This document shows positions 13,126 to 26,445 of a stretch of 64,000 nucleotides of DNA, piece by piece (position 1 is the first letter of the stretch; each line of letters opens with the position of its first letter). The stretch is from positions 9,920,001 through 9,984,000 of the forward strand of contig OX597821.1 of the NCBI GenBank assembly GCA_951406725.2. The letters run 5' to 3'. Source of the stretch: Octopus vulgaris (Eukaryota). A program made the position numbers and the translations under genes. The notes beneath the pieces are model-generated. The model was not told the origin of the DNA and searched no databases. It saw nothing but the letters and a program-made list of their open reading frames with translations.

Positions 13126-13994
13126 TATGTATATATGTATGTGTATTTATACATACATATGGACTTTGGGAGCGCGCGTCCGTGCACAAATCAGAATGAG
13201 GTAATGGAACGTTTAATTCAATTACGGTATATAAACGAGTAAATGAAATCTTGTGTCTTACGTAAATACGTCATTGTTATCAAAATTATCATCACAGTCG
13301 TCGATGTTGTCTTCTTCATCATCACCCTCCTCCTCCTCCCCCTCATCATCATCACCATCATCGCCATTTTCATCATGCATCTCGTAATCCTGCTCTTCCT
13401 TATCACCCAGTGCAGGGTTTGTGGCATTATATCAGAATAAACTAAAACGTATAATATAAATGAAATATCGCATAATGATTTCATAATACTTCGGAAATGT
13501 AGCTTGCGTGTGATCCGAATCATTATCCCAAGAATATCTTTTGGTTCAATAAATCGATAGGGACAAGAGTATATTGAAATTTCATCGGAAAATTTCACAT
13601 ATTAGATCACGTATTAGATCAAGATGAATATAAAATAATTATGCAGTATAGAAGCTATAATATATACAATGCAGAAATGACTGCATAGTGTGAATGCATC
13701 ACTGTGAGAAGGTGGCCTGCAACATCGTGATTTGAGACATATATAAAAGAAGAACACAAGATTATCATTAATCTATGCCTGGTATTTAAAATAATAGATT
13801 TCTGTTACTCGAAAAGAAAATCACATTTGCAAAAGGAAATATGGTTTACGAATGGATGATTGCGTTGCTGACAAGAAGTTTTTATCCGCTTTGTCGGTTA
13901 ATTACGACACCTATTTTTTAGTCAGTTCTGTTTCAAGGGAGACAAAATTTATCTTAGTATTGTGTTTGTGTGTGCGTGTGTGTGTATGTGTGTA

Positions 13995-14160
13995 GTGAGA
14001 ATTTACAAAAAACAGAAGACGAAGACGGGTGTGTAAAACAACAAACAGATGTATTAGTTTAACGCTCGGGAAGTGAGAAAGTCTTTTACGTTTCGAGCCT
14101 ACACTCTTTGATAGAAAGGAAGATAGAAATAAACAGGGAGAGGAAATAAAATAAAATAAA
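13995..14160 (-). mobile_element. Pseudo-LTR-like repeat with decayed minimal hammerhead
   Basis: Minus strand reads cttt-CTATCAA-a-gagt gtag gctc-GAAA-cg-TA-aaag, then cccgagcgttaaactaatac, which parallels cctgagcgtccaataatac in the 32-kb units. Confidence 0.6.
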
Positions 14161-14967
14161 ATGTATATATGTGTGCATGTATATATATATATATATATGT
14201 GTGTGTGTTTTGATATTGCGCGCGCACGTGTGTATACATCATAATTGGGTAATAGAACGTTTAATTCAATGGCGGTATATAAAGGAGTAAATGGTTGTGG
14301 AGGTTTGCTACTCATGTGGCTCAACGAAATCGAAATACATGCTTAGCCTACATATCTCACTTTTCTGTGTGAGTGTGTGTGTATGTGCATGTATTTGTGG
14401 ATAGCGTGTTTGAGACTACATGATTTCCTGTACTAGTGATGCCAGCTACATTCTTCATTCACACGTTATTTCCTTAAAAAGTAATTTCCGATATATATCT
14501 GTATGTTCATTATTTTGAAGTAACCTGTCCAGTTGTAGCAAGTTGAACAGTGTTAAACGAAACATAAAATATTGTAATATTTTCTTACTGTCTATTTCTT
14601 AAGAGTTATATCTATTATGCATCAAAAGAAAATAGATAAGAATATACAATTCATTTCAGAAGCTTAAATAACAAACAAATTAAGAGGTAAACGAATGCAT
14701 GCTTATATAGGAAAAATTTTGATATAAATCTTCGTTCAAAAGAAATTTTTCCATCGTCCAAATAACGCTAACATTCCTTCCTGTTAAATAATAAATTTAC
14801 TACACGAGCACAAAGGCGTGATTCTGTAGGTCTTCTCTGAATAAATTCGAAGGAACATTATTTGTGATACAGAAGTTTCCATTATGGTGTATTAAGATAC
14901 AATAAAGATCAATTCACGCTATGATTAATATTAAAATAACTTGTATATGCATATATATATCTATATA

Positions 14968-15540
14968 TCTATATATATAAAACTCAACTTGTGTGTCTGT
15001 GTGTTTAACTTCCCGGCACATCTCCTCCTAGCCAACAAATCGTAGAACCACCAAAAGTGGGTCACTTAAAGTTTAGGTGACTGAAAATTGAACTGCGCTA
15101 TTTCTGTTCAGAAATTCATCTCGCAAGTGCAAAATCGATAGTGTGTTTGTTTAGGCCTTATCCCATGCATTGAATAGTGAACTTTACTCAGTCAGCTGTT
15201 TGACGTGAACTGGGTTCACCACGTGTGCAAGCATGCATAAATTGCATGAAAAAAAAAAGAATCAAGATAGAAAAACGAATCGCCGTAAACATTGTAGAAA
15301 TTCGGCAAAGAAATGAATTTTCGGGATGTAGCCTGGAGAGTTTTTTCGTATTAATCGTTTGGACTTTGTGAACACATACCAATTGTTTTCATAACATTTT
15401 TAACGCTTTGAAATAAATGTGACCATTTTGCGTTGAGTCTGCAGTTTGAATCACTTTAACCAAATTTTAGCAGACCGGATTTTTGATCATCACGATACAT
15501 CGCCAGCGACTCCCTGAAACTCTCCCCTGGAATCCCCGTT
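14968..15540 (+). mobile_element. Non-autonomous Helitron-like element, 5' part
   Basis: Starts a|TCTATATATATAAAACTCAACTTGTGTGTC; the same start recurs at 15547. No CTAG end of its own. Confidence 0.5.
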
Positions 15541-15546
15541 GAGAAA

Positions 15547-15668
15547 TCTATATATATATATAAAACTCAACTTGTGTGTCAGTGTGTGTATATGTGCGTG
15601 TGCCTGTGTGTTTAACTTTTGGATCAACCAAATTTCATTATTAAGGATGGAAAGTAGTGTGCAGCAAA
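15547..15668 (+). mobile_element. Second Helitron-like 5' end
   Basis: a|TCTATATATATATATAAAACTCAACTTGTGTGTC...gtgtttaactt duplicates the 14968 start. Confidence 0.5.
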
Positions 15669-16061
15669 TCTATATATATATAAAGCTGAAGTTGTCTGTG
15701 TGTGGCAGGTTTGATAGCCTTAAACTAACACTATCTCCTTCGAAACCCTGCAGCCCAAGTTGACCAAAATTGAAAGCATGATAGAAGAAGGCTTGGCCTT
15801 CATTCTGGAGAAGATAAAATTCAAATCGTACCATGTTAACACCAAAAATTATTTACATCAAAGAGGTGCTTTTTTTTCTCTGAAAATCCCTATTTTTTTA
15901 CGATTTTTGACTGCTGTGTCACCATTTTTCGGTGTATTTCAACTGGAAAAATGTTCACTTGAAGAGAATAACAACTTGCATAATGCAACATTTTTACTTT
16001 TCAAACATTCCAATTCTAAAGGGTCGAAACAAACTCAAGCAACACCGGGTGAAACTGCTAG
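15669..16061 (+). mobile_element. Non-autonomous Helitron-like element, complete
   Basis: 5' TC, 3' CTAG (16058-16061), inserted between A15668 and T16062; degenerate subterminal hairpin region gcaacaccggg; no TSD. Confidence 0.7.
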
Positions 16062-16079
16062 TATATATATATATATATA

Positions 16080-17334
16080 CGAGGGGCGTTCAATAAGTAA
16101 TGCCTTTGACCCACTTGCAGTTGTTTGATCTAGCTGCAATTTTGCATGTGCAATTACGTATATCTCTATAGATGGAGTGGCAAATTACAGCTCTGAACAA
16201 ATTGTGGTTTCTGATTTACAGGTGTTTGAACTGAGTCAAGTGTGAAACGGAGCCTGTTGAATGTCGAGCAGTGATGCGGTTTTTGTATTTGAAAGGACGT
16301 ACACCACGGGAGACTTTTGATGAAATAAAAGTAACTTATGGTGATGATGCCCCATCATATGACCTTGTAAAACGCTAGCATCGTGAATTCAAACATAGTC
16401 GGAACTTTGTGGAAACAGCTCCCCGATCTGGTCGCCCCTTCTGCCATTGATGAGGCATCTGTCCGTCAAGTTGAGGCTGCCATTTTGGAAGATCGATGCA
16501 TAACTATTCGCCAAATAGCCCATGAGGTCAAGATTAGTACCGGGTCTGTGGAAACTATCATTCATGACCATTTGCATATGCAAAAGGTGTCTGCCAGATG
16601 GATTCCCAGGCTGCTCACACCTTTCCAGAAGCAAGAACGCGTCGATAGCGCGAGGATGAATTTGAAGATGTGCCAAGAAGATGAGTCAAAATTTTTCAAA
16701 AGACTGATTACACAGGATGAAACCTGGGTCCATCACTACGATCCAGAGATCAAAGCCCAGTCAATGCAGTGGAAGCACCGTGACTCACCTCCTCCAAAGA
16801 AGGCTAGGGTGCAGCCCTCCGCTGGCAAGGTCATGCTCACAGTCTTCTGGGACCAGGACGGAGTAGTGATGACAGATTTCTTGGCAAAGGGTGCCACAAT
16901 TACAGGAGTCTATTATGCTTCACTTTTGAGGAAATTAAGTGAAGCTTTCAAAATCAAGAGGCGGGGCAAGATCAGCAAAGGCATCCTCCTCCTGCAGGAC
17001 AACGCTGCGATCCACAACTCGCGTGTCGCCAGATCAGAAGCACAGGCGTGCGGCTATGAACTCATCCCCCATCTCCTGACCTGCACCCTCTGATTTTCAC
17101 CTCTTCCCAGCCATGAAGTTGTTTTTGAAAGGAAAGCGTTTCCCAGATGATGCAGCCTTGATTTCTGAAGTCACGTCTTCTACAAAAACGGTCTTCAGAG
17201 CTGCATCAAACGATGGGAGAAATGCGTAACTTTGGGTGGTTCCTATGTAAAAAAAGACTAATAACTGTGCCAAGTTTCGTTGCTCTACTGCTATGGGAAG
17301 TGGATCAGGGGCATTACTTATTGAACGCCCCTCG
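16080..17334 (+). mobile_element. Full-length mariner (DD34D-type) transposon, 1255 bp
   Basis: TIRs cgaggggcgttcaataagtaatgcc and ggcattacttattgaacgcccctcg, with TA on both sides; encloses a transposase. Confidence 0.97.
16247..17261 (+). pseudogene. Mariner transposase pseudogene
   Basis: ACG replaces ATG; RAVMRFLYLKG...PRSGRP, WIPRLLT, ITQDETWVHHYDPE, LLQDNA, damaged YSPDLAPSDFHLF, and RWEKCV. Stop at about 16376 and several frameshifts. Confidence 0.95.
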
Positions 17335-17344
17335 TATATATGAA

Positions 17345-17433
17345 TATACAATGCGCGATCCAGAGAGGAGTCGACAGCGTGCTGTGACCAGCGGTGTGAA
17401 ATGCACGCCCGACGAACTGGTCGGTCATGTTGA
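17345..17433 (+). repeat. Short retroposon tail related to the SINE A2 3' end
   Basis: gcgtgctgtgaccagcggtgtg...ctggtcggtcatgttgat compared with A2 gcgcattgtgacca(g/t)cgatgtg...ctggtcggtcacggtgat. Confidence 0.55.
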
Positions 17434-17577
17434 TATATATACATGTATATGTACATGTATACAAACACATATATATGTACATATATACATATTTCTTTTT
17501 ATTTATTATTTAATTGAAAGCAACGCATCCATTTACAAGTATCTATATAAATATATATATATATGTGTGTATAGATA

Positions 17578-17627
<50 letters not shown>

Positions 17628-17629
17628 TT

Positions 17630-17660
<31 letters not shown>

Positions 17661-19318
17661 GTGCGTGTGTGTGTGTGTATGTATGTTTAAATGCATATCT
17701 ATAATGTGTGTGCATACATATACAAACACATGAATACATTTAGAGAGAGAATGGGAGAGATAGAAAGAGATAGTTGCGAAAAAGTGAAGAGAGTTAGGGT
17801 GTTGAATACACTCATTCGTTAGTTTGGAAGTTTATTTCTACACCAGAAAATAACGTTGGCCTTCGTTTGACTTGAACTCCACTAAGACTTGGAGTAAATA
17901 AATTAGCAACCTTTTGATTCGAACCTCTAACTCCAAATCACCACTAACATGCTGGTGAATTGCAATATACTGCAATGGTTTTTTTTGGTAATTAAACATA
18001 CCTATACAATTTACCATGTATACTTTTCTTCTCGATTCATTAACTCGTAGTGAGAGATGATTTACTGCCACTTACAAATTAATTGAATTTCAGTACAACC
18101 TCTGTGAGCTCATAATAGAAATGTAAATGAATGCTTTGAAAAAAAAATGTCTGATGTTCGTCTACACAGAATGTATGGTCAGGTTTATTTTCATTGAGGT
18201 TAATTTCCACATCATCTAGATCATTGCTTGGTTATTCTTCGTCTGGTTTATTCTGACACAATTTCCCTTGAAGGTATTGTAAATGAAAAAAAGGTAAGAA
18301 GATCGTAAAGAGGAGACGGACACGCCTATTTACCAGAATATATTAAATCATAAAGTCTAATTACTCAGAAACTCTTAACTTCGTATACTGGGACACTAAT
18401 TTTTACGGTCCACCATAACTCTTCTAATGGATGCAATACGTTACTGAGAATTCTCTAAAAAAGTATAGTAGCTAGTTGTGACTAGGTATGGATGTGTATG
18501 TAAACTGAACACAGGACTAGATTAATCGAGTATATTCATACATAAAGCATGTATGTATTTATCCCAATGCGGCCTTCCCTTATCTACGTGTTCCTTCGAT
18601 TATCGCTTCTTCGGACAATATATTAAAGAGAGATTCCACTGAATAATTACTACAAACAATAGCTTTGTAGCAATGATTCAACATACAACGTACAACCGCA
18701 TACAATGTGCTGAGTTGTTATCATATGTACAAAGGATATTGAAAGTAATGCGAAATAAAAATTCACTAAAATTAATGATTTAAGTATTAAGAGCTGATCG
18801 AATAAAATTACCTGAAAGCTTAGCAAAAGGAGAAATATGAGTTAATGCTTCTTTAGTTAGGGATATAACGGACAGGTTACATATGTGAAATTTCCCCTTG
18901 ACGTAAATCCGACAGTTGCGCTGGATGAGTAAACAAAGGCATTGTTCTAACACATTCCAGGTGTTATACTAAGAGAACTTTTCCTTTTGTCCAGAATTCT
19001 AAGACTGACAGTTCGAGCTAACTCTCAACTTAGTATTTAGAAAAGCGTAATGCAAACAAATGCTAGAAGTGAAGTACACAATATTTTATGCATTTTTACA
19101 ACGTGGTAAAAGATGGCGAAAGCAATGTTGTCTAATTAATTGTAATTCACCTTAAAATTAGGCACGTGTTAAGGATTTTGGTAATTTTTCGTGCTTGAGA
19201 TATACTGCGTAAGTCGCAATCGAAAATCGTTTGCTACGTTCATGAATGTATCTAGTACAATTGGCGTGATGAATCAGGATATTCCCTCTCCTCCAATTTT
19301 CCTGCAGCAAGTGCAAGT

Positions 19319-19546
19319 TCTCGCGAAGATGGCGGCCAAGAAAAATTCTTGATGATGTCCAGGTCTCACAAACAAGATAGTTGTTGCTGGGGAAAGGAAA
19401 ATGTCAATCAAATGAATGTGTAAATTTCTCCTACGTAGCCTTTGTTTTTTACTGCGGAATTAGTTGATAACAGCGGCTATGATATTCTTACGGACAATAA
19501 GCACTGCATTTATTAGAATTAATTGCGTCACAGACGCGCTATAAAT
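19319..19546 (+). promoter_or_regulatory. Possible promoter-like motif cluster in repeat-poor DNA
   Basis: TCTCGCGA (19319-19326) overlaps AAGATGGCGGC (YY1-like, 19326-19336); TTGCGTCA (CRE-like, 19523-19530); TATAAAT (19540-19546). Motifs only, no transcript evidence. Confidence 0.25.
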
Positions 19547-20725
19547 GTGCTTTCTCACGTTTGGAGGTACTAAACTGTTCGCGTGTGTGGTGAAGAAGGA
19601 ATTTAGATTTGCAGTCCTTCGTATTGATATGCAGTGGCAAAAAGTGAGGTAATTTTTGTGCCTTCTTCCTTTAGAATTATCGCCAAAACCTTCTTATAAG
19701 GGTGGATATAACTGTATGCTACATATATTTTCTCCCATTTACTATGTTCTTGAATAGGAATGTATTGTCTACAGCGGTATTTGCTTCTTCGATCTTTTTG
19801 TTTCATCAGTAAGCCAACTTGCTTCAGTTTTATATCGCCGTAAACAAAACGATTAATTCGATAAGAAAAATAGATAAAGAGAAATATTGTTACGTTAAGG
19901 TCAATTGTAGCTTTATGCAGATTTCATTATGGAATGTCTTTTTTTCGTGTGAATTTATTATACTATTGGGACACACTCTAAGACATGAATGCCTTATGTT
20001 TGTTTATATAAGGCGTACCAAGAGTTGATTCTCTCTTTTAGGAAGCATGCAAAAACAATAATGAGAAATAGCATATAATTATGAAAAAGAATACGCTAGC
20101 GAATACATCTATACTACAATCATAGAAGAATAAAATGACAAAAATATATCAAATTTCCATATATCAAAACGTCCACATATCTGGACGTTAGAGTTCATTT
20201 ATTAAAAAAATTCTCAAATGTTTTAACACACATATACGAAAACACACACACACATACACTCACGCACGCAAACACACCCACATACACATAAACATATACA
20301 CAAATGTAGAAAACGCCTTTATGTGTGCATCTGTTCTAATATTTTTTTTTCTTCTTCGGGAAAGTACAATATTAAGGGTAATGGAAACTGAGACTACACA
20401 ATAAAAGGGAAGAGAGCGACTGTAAATTACAGTGAAGTGTGAGAGGGATCCTATCGAGAATAATTTCAGTGGGAGAGAAATGAATTGGATAAAGGAGAAA
20501 TTGATGGTGCTACACATGTTCATAAACACATATATTTTCAAACTATGGATCTTTAGTATTCTTAAAAACTTAAGAATGAGTAAATTTAAATACTCGGTGG
20601 ATTTGCATAGAGCATAAAAGCCAACATATTTATAGCAAATGTTGGTGTATGTTCGATCAAGGTCACATTTTTTTATGATTTTTGACGTATAAAGAATACA
20701 CCTAGGAAGATATAGTCAGCACGGT

Positions 20726-21112
20726 TACTCATTTACTCTTTTACTTGTTTCTGTCATTTGACTGTGGTCATGCTGGAGCACCGCCTCTAGTCGAGCAAAT
20801 CGACCCCAGGACTTATTCTTTGAAAGCCTACTACTTATTCTAATCGGTCTCTTTTGCCGAACCGCTAGGTTACGGGGACGTAAACACACACACAAGCATA
20901 CACACACACACACATACGCATATATATATATATATATATATATATACGACGGGCTTCTTTCAGTTTCCGTCTACCAAATCCACTCACAAGGCTTTCGTCG
21001 GCCCGAGGCTATAGTAGAAGATAGTTGGCCAAGATGACACGTATTAGGACTGAACCCGGGCCCATGTGGTTCGTTAGCAAGCTACTTACCAGACAGGCAC
21101 TCCCAGGCCTAT
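20726..21112 (-). mobile_element. Bipartite SINE family C
   Basis: Same modules as the 7116 copy, with an internal microsatellite. Confidence 0.9.
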
Positions 21113-22895
21113 AAACAGCCACTCCGACACCTATTGACAGCCACTCCTACTCCCATTTAAAATTCCAAATGTTTTCCGCTGTGTTGAAACCAATGTGTAG
21201 GTACAAATTATATGGTGCATTCAAAATGTGTTTAGGCCTAAGAGATCACCGGTTGAACGAAGCATACCCAAACACATGTAACGCAGTGGGCAGACACGAC
21301 AATTTCCGTCTTTGCGCTTAGTGTATTGATTAAGATACTATATTTGTCCTACATCTCATGTGGGATTCGAATGTTGTGTCCATTGATGTACATGAAATAG
21401 CTGCACCATCGCGCGATGGACTGGAAGTGCACATCTGCTGTGAATCTCATGGCTATGCTAGGGACCGCTAAGACACTCATAGTTCCATCGCACAGTTCAG
21501 TGATAGATTTAAGTGACCATGTGTACAATTGTTTGAAGGACAATAATTGGTAATGGATTTGATCGACAGCAGCGTTCAAATATGATCCTATATAACCGTA
21601 TAGTGTGCTGTATATTACTTAAAATGTTCTTTTATATTCCTTATGTGTACGTGATTAACCTGAATAACATCAATTATATGCGTGACTTACAGTAATTTTG
21701 GACGAAACAATTTCTAACAGGATTTAATGAATCATTACAGACATGAATTGACCTCTCTTCCGTATGTACATGCCGTGGCGAATGTCATTGTTCACCAGAA
21801 TTCGAACATTACTCGCTGACCATATGTTCTTTGGCAAGGTTTTCATTCACTTTCAATGATTACCATAGTTAACGTTTTTAATGCTTTATGTTTATTGCGG
21901 TATCCTTATAGTGTTATATAATATATAATGTTCTTTCTCCAATTGATACTCTTCAAACATTACCGAGAGAGGCTTCCACTTAAATGCAGTCCTTCTTTAA
22001 ATAAAACCTTGCAACAATTAGAAAGTTGTCAATTTCTATATTGCTATTCTCCCCTCATATGGTAACAATCACTTAATTTCAATTAATTCCTTCTTTTAGC
22101 ATATTATATAGTCAACGGAGATCTGAAAGCGATAAAAATCTTTCTATTGGTTTCACAAGAGTAATATACTGATAATATACTGATAAGTATGCTCAGTTAC
22201 TATTCTTTCACTAACTATAATATAATAAAGGAAGTTAGAAGTCTGCACTTCCTTTACTAAGAACACTGCTCATGATATCGTGGGTAATAAGATGACCGAG
22301 AATAAAAGATATATTTCAGGAACCTAAACATTTGTGACTGGTTTAGCCATTAAGTTGGCTGGCAATGCTACATACAATCAAGTAGAACATCGTGGATAGA
22401 TATACGCTATTTGTAAATGGATCAAAGTGATGCTGGTTATTTGTAGCTAAAAGATAGCACATTCCCTTTAGATCTAAGAAATGCACTACGCCATTTCATT
22501 CCAGCTCCAAAAGTGGCACAATGATAATTTTATTTAAGTGAAGTAGAGAGTACCAGCCTCTCTGGATTCGGCAGCTCTCTTGCGGACTTCCACCTCCTTG
22601 TCTGTGAATACTCTACACCAAGTGGATCAGTTATAATTTCAATAGGCAAAATGGAGCTACCTTTGGCTTGCTTTTCTTTTCTTTATTTCCTTACCTTCTT
22701 TTCCAGTTTATATTTTCCTTTCACTTTCTCGTTCCGCTATTTACATCAACCTTCACGTTTTCTCATTATTTTCTTTCTTGTTTTTTTTTTTTTTATAGAA
22801 CGTCGTGCTGCTTTGCAGAGCGTGTATGTTCACTTCACTTTCAAGGACAGCTTGGAGACAAATGTATGTCATATAAATATGTCGAAACTTTAGGT

Positions 22896-22953
22896 CATAT
22901 ATATATACATACATACATACATATATACGTATGTGTATATATATATATATATG

Positions 22954-23047
<94 letters not shown>

Positions 23048-23074
23048 TGTATATCTATATATATATATATATAT

Positions 23075-23113
<39 letters not shown>

Positions 23114-23160
23114 CATGTATGAGTGTGAGTGAGTGTATGTGTAAGTGTGTGTACGTGTGT
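22896..23160. repeat. Long (TA)n/(TG)n microsatellite
   Basis: Directly visible. Confidence 0.95.
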
Positions 23161-23943
23161 AAATGTATGCGTTAATTTATCCTCACTTGAAAGTAGATCT
23201 TGTTAGGACACAGTTTTTACGGTTCATTTACCATCACTTAACCTCTCATATCGGCATGTGGTACATATAGGCACACGGGTGATGTCCTAAATGAATAAGC
23301 ACTATGTAGTCAAGGCTTATAATCCTATATTGAAGAAGACATAGAAACTGAATTTCAATTCATAGAATAATCTGATGAAAATTGTTACCGAGAATATGTG
23401 AACAAATCATGAAAACAGCGTTTGGCTTTTGTTAGACTCGTTTTGATTCATAAAATTATACATTCCCTCGGATACCTATTTCATGCGATGCGTACTTCGT
23501 GTGTATATGTAAGTGTACATTGATACGCTTATAAACAGACACACACATGCGTGTATGTGAGTATGGCTAATTATGCATATACTCATGCAAGACATGCATG
23601 CAAAGGCACTTTACATTATAAGCAATTTCAATATTTAAAACTTCAGAAAAGAAAAAAAAGAAGCGAATGTACAGTGAACTTTCCGAAAGAAAAATTTCAA
23701 AATGACTTAAAAAAAAAAAAACAGAACATCAACATTATTCTCTTATTTGTATTTGTACATTTTGAACAAGTAAAACAGAGTATCAAGTACCAGAACAACA
23801 TTTTGGAAAATGTCCTTTGATTATAAATCTAGTGAAATTTATGTAGACGTATATCTATTAAGTATCGGTTATATTAACGTGTTTCTCCAATACTAGTATT
23901 CGGATCTCCCTTTCTCCATCCTCGTCTCTCTCTTTCTCCCCGC

Positions 23944-23980
<37 letters not shown>

Positions 23981-24256
23981 CATATTATACACAACAGCAC
24001 TCGCTTTTATTGAACAGTGACGTTATATATTCTATGTACATGTTTCTATTCTTTTACAGTTGAATGCATTTCGTATTCTTATTAGTATATTCAGTGTTTT
24101 ATTAATGCGATGGTGCGAAGGTCAAGAAAAACTAGAGTGACGTAAATGTTTTGATCAGATAAGATGTACAAAAGTTGCTGCGATAGAATCTTAGATTCTT
24201 TAAGAATCAGTATAAAATTTATATATAAAACGTGCTTGTTGTGGCCACTACAAGAA

Positions 24257-24310
<54 letters not shown>

Positions 24311-24400
24311 TGGGCATGTGTGTGTGTGCGCTCATATCTATATATTCATGCCGGCACAAATACACATATGTTTGTGTGAGATTGTGTGTGTCTGAGCTTA

Positions 24401-24446
<46 letters not shown>

Positions 24447-25116
24447 TGACTGTGTATGATGATACGCAGACATGTAGACTCATGTCTCAGACACAAAGTA
24501 TCTGAGAGGTTTTGATGCGGTATCAACATCATAAACATCAGCTTGAGAGATTACATTAAGTAAATTATGAACTGTATGAAGAGGCCGTAAATCTGATGTA
24601 TTAGTTAGAACTATGTTCATGAGAAATGAATCAGTCATTGGAAAGCATAATCATTGCAAAGTAAGAAGATTGACAAATCGACGTATGCAACTTCTCTTCA
24701 CAACGTATGCCCATATACCACTTGTATCCTGAACGTAAACAATATCACGGATAACAAGAAACATTTTGCAGTTTCATGACTAAAAAGAACCCCTTCTCTA
24801 TCATATAGCTTAAATTATGATAAATAATAAATATAGATTACAACGTTCAGTACTGAAGTCTCCATAAAGTGTACAAGAGGTGATGGTCGCATTTCCTTTT
24901 AAAAACCTAGCCGAGAACAGCAGGTGAAAGGAACGTGAACATAAATAGATTGTAAAATTAGTACCAGATCAGAAGCTTCAGTCATGACATAATGACAAAT
25001 GCGTTTCAAAGCATGGTTATAAATAAATGAGACGTTAACGAAGAGACCCATATCGACGGCAAGAAATCCTCGTGAGAGTGATAATTAGATTTAAGTATAT
25101 ATATACTAATTACTCA

Positions 25117-25185
<69 letters not shown>

Positions 25186-25192
25186 GTGAATA

Positions 25193-25241
<49 letters not shown>

Positions 25242-25887
25242 ATGTGTGAGTGTGTGTGCATATGTATATACGTATACGTACATATATATCTGTGTATATG
25301 TATATATATATATATACATATACATGTGTGCGCGTGTGTATTTGGCATATTTGTATATGACGTGTATTTCCATGCAATCCTTCAATCTCAGTGTGCCATG
25401 CACTTTGGCATATTTGGCAAGAAGCACGTTGATGTAGGACAAATCGTGAGAAAAAACGAGTATGAAAAGAAAGGTCACAAAACGAAGATTTGGGCCCCGT
25501 TTTTGTGTAGAAATGTCAATAAATTTAGACGGTGTAGAATAATATAACGGAAATGTGGTCAACATTTGCGAGATATCTGCACAATCTTGAGAAGATTGGT
25601 GTCCTCCAGATCAAGATAAGGTATTTGTCCATGTGCATCCATTGTTTCAAAATATCGCTGCTTAATTTAAGTACCAATGCGGAATTAATTGATCTAGGAA
25701 AATGTGATGCAACTATTCGGCACTAGATAATTCAGTGCATAGACAAATCAGCACAGGGCATCTTATTGAACTTAGGTAAGGGTTCTTTTGGGGATAAAAT
25801 AGAGGAAAACTTTTCAACCAGCTAGTTAAATTCCCATACAAGATTCAAATGTTTCGTATGTGTGTGTGTGTATATATATATCTTTAT

Positions 25888-26274
25888 GGATGGAAGCACT
25901 CCGTCGGTAACGACGATGAGGGTTCCGGTTGATCCGAATCAACGGAACAGCCTGCTCGTGAAATTAACGTGTAAGTGGCTGAGCACTCCACAGACACGTG
26001 CACCCTTAACGTAGTTCTCGGGGATATTCAGCGTGACACAGAGAGTGACAAGGCCGGCCCTTTGAAATACAGGTACAACAGAAACAGGCAGTAAGAGTGA
26101 GACAAAGTTGTGGTGAAAGAGTACAGTAGGGATCACCACCATCCCCTGCCGGAGCCTAGTGGAGCTTTTAGGTGTTTTCGTTCAATAAACACTCACAACG
26201 CCCGGTCTGGGAATCGAAACCGCGATCCTATGACCGCGAGTCCGCTGCCCTAACCACTGGGCCATTGTGCCTCC
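25888..26274 (-). mobile_element. SINE A1, full length, 14-bp TSD
   Basis: Complete head and A1 body; atatatatctttat at 25874-25887 and 26275-26288. Confidence 0.95.
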
Positions 26275-26445
26275 ATATATATCTTTATATTCTTTTGCTG
26301 GTTTATGTTTCATGTGTATATATGTTTTTTTCTTTAAATATAGTCAATTTCTTCTATGACAGTTGTGTTTGTAGGTTACATGTACATGTATTTTAGATAT
26401 GCAGCCAACACAAATACAATGTAATAATAAATTACATTTAGTACA

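Noticed and set aside
16383-17093. 236-aa ORF as an intact transposase or SETMAR-like domesticated gene
   Set aside because: It is the middle frame of a frameshifted mariner; the start is ACG, there is an upstream stop, the third catalytic motif is damaged, and no SET domain is present.
21349-21579. 76-aa minus ORF and palindrome ccatcgcgcgatgg in unique DNA
   Set aside because: No recognisable protein in any frame, and one 14-bp palindrome is weak evidence on its own.
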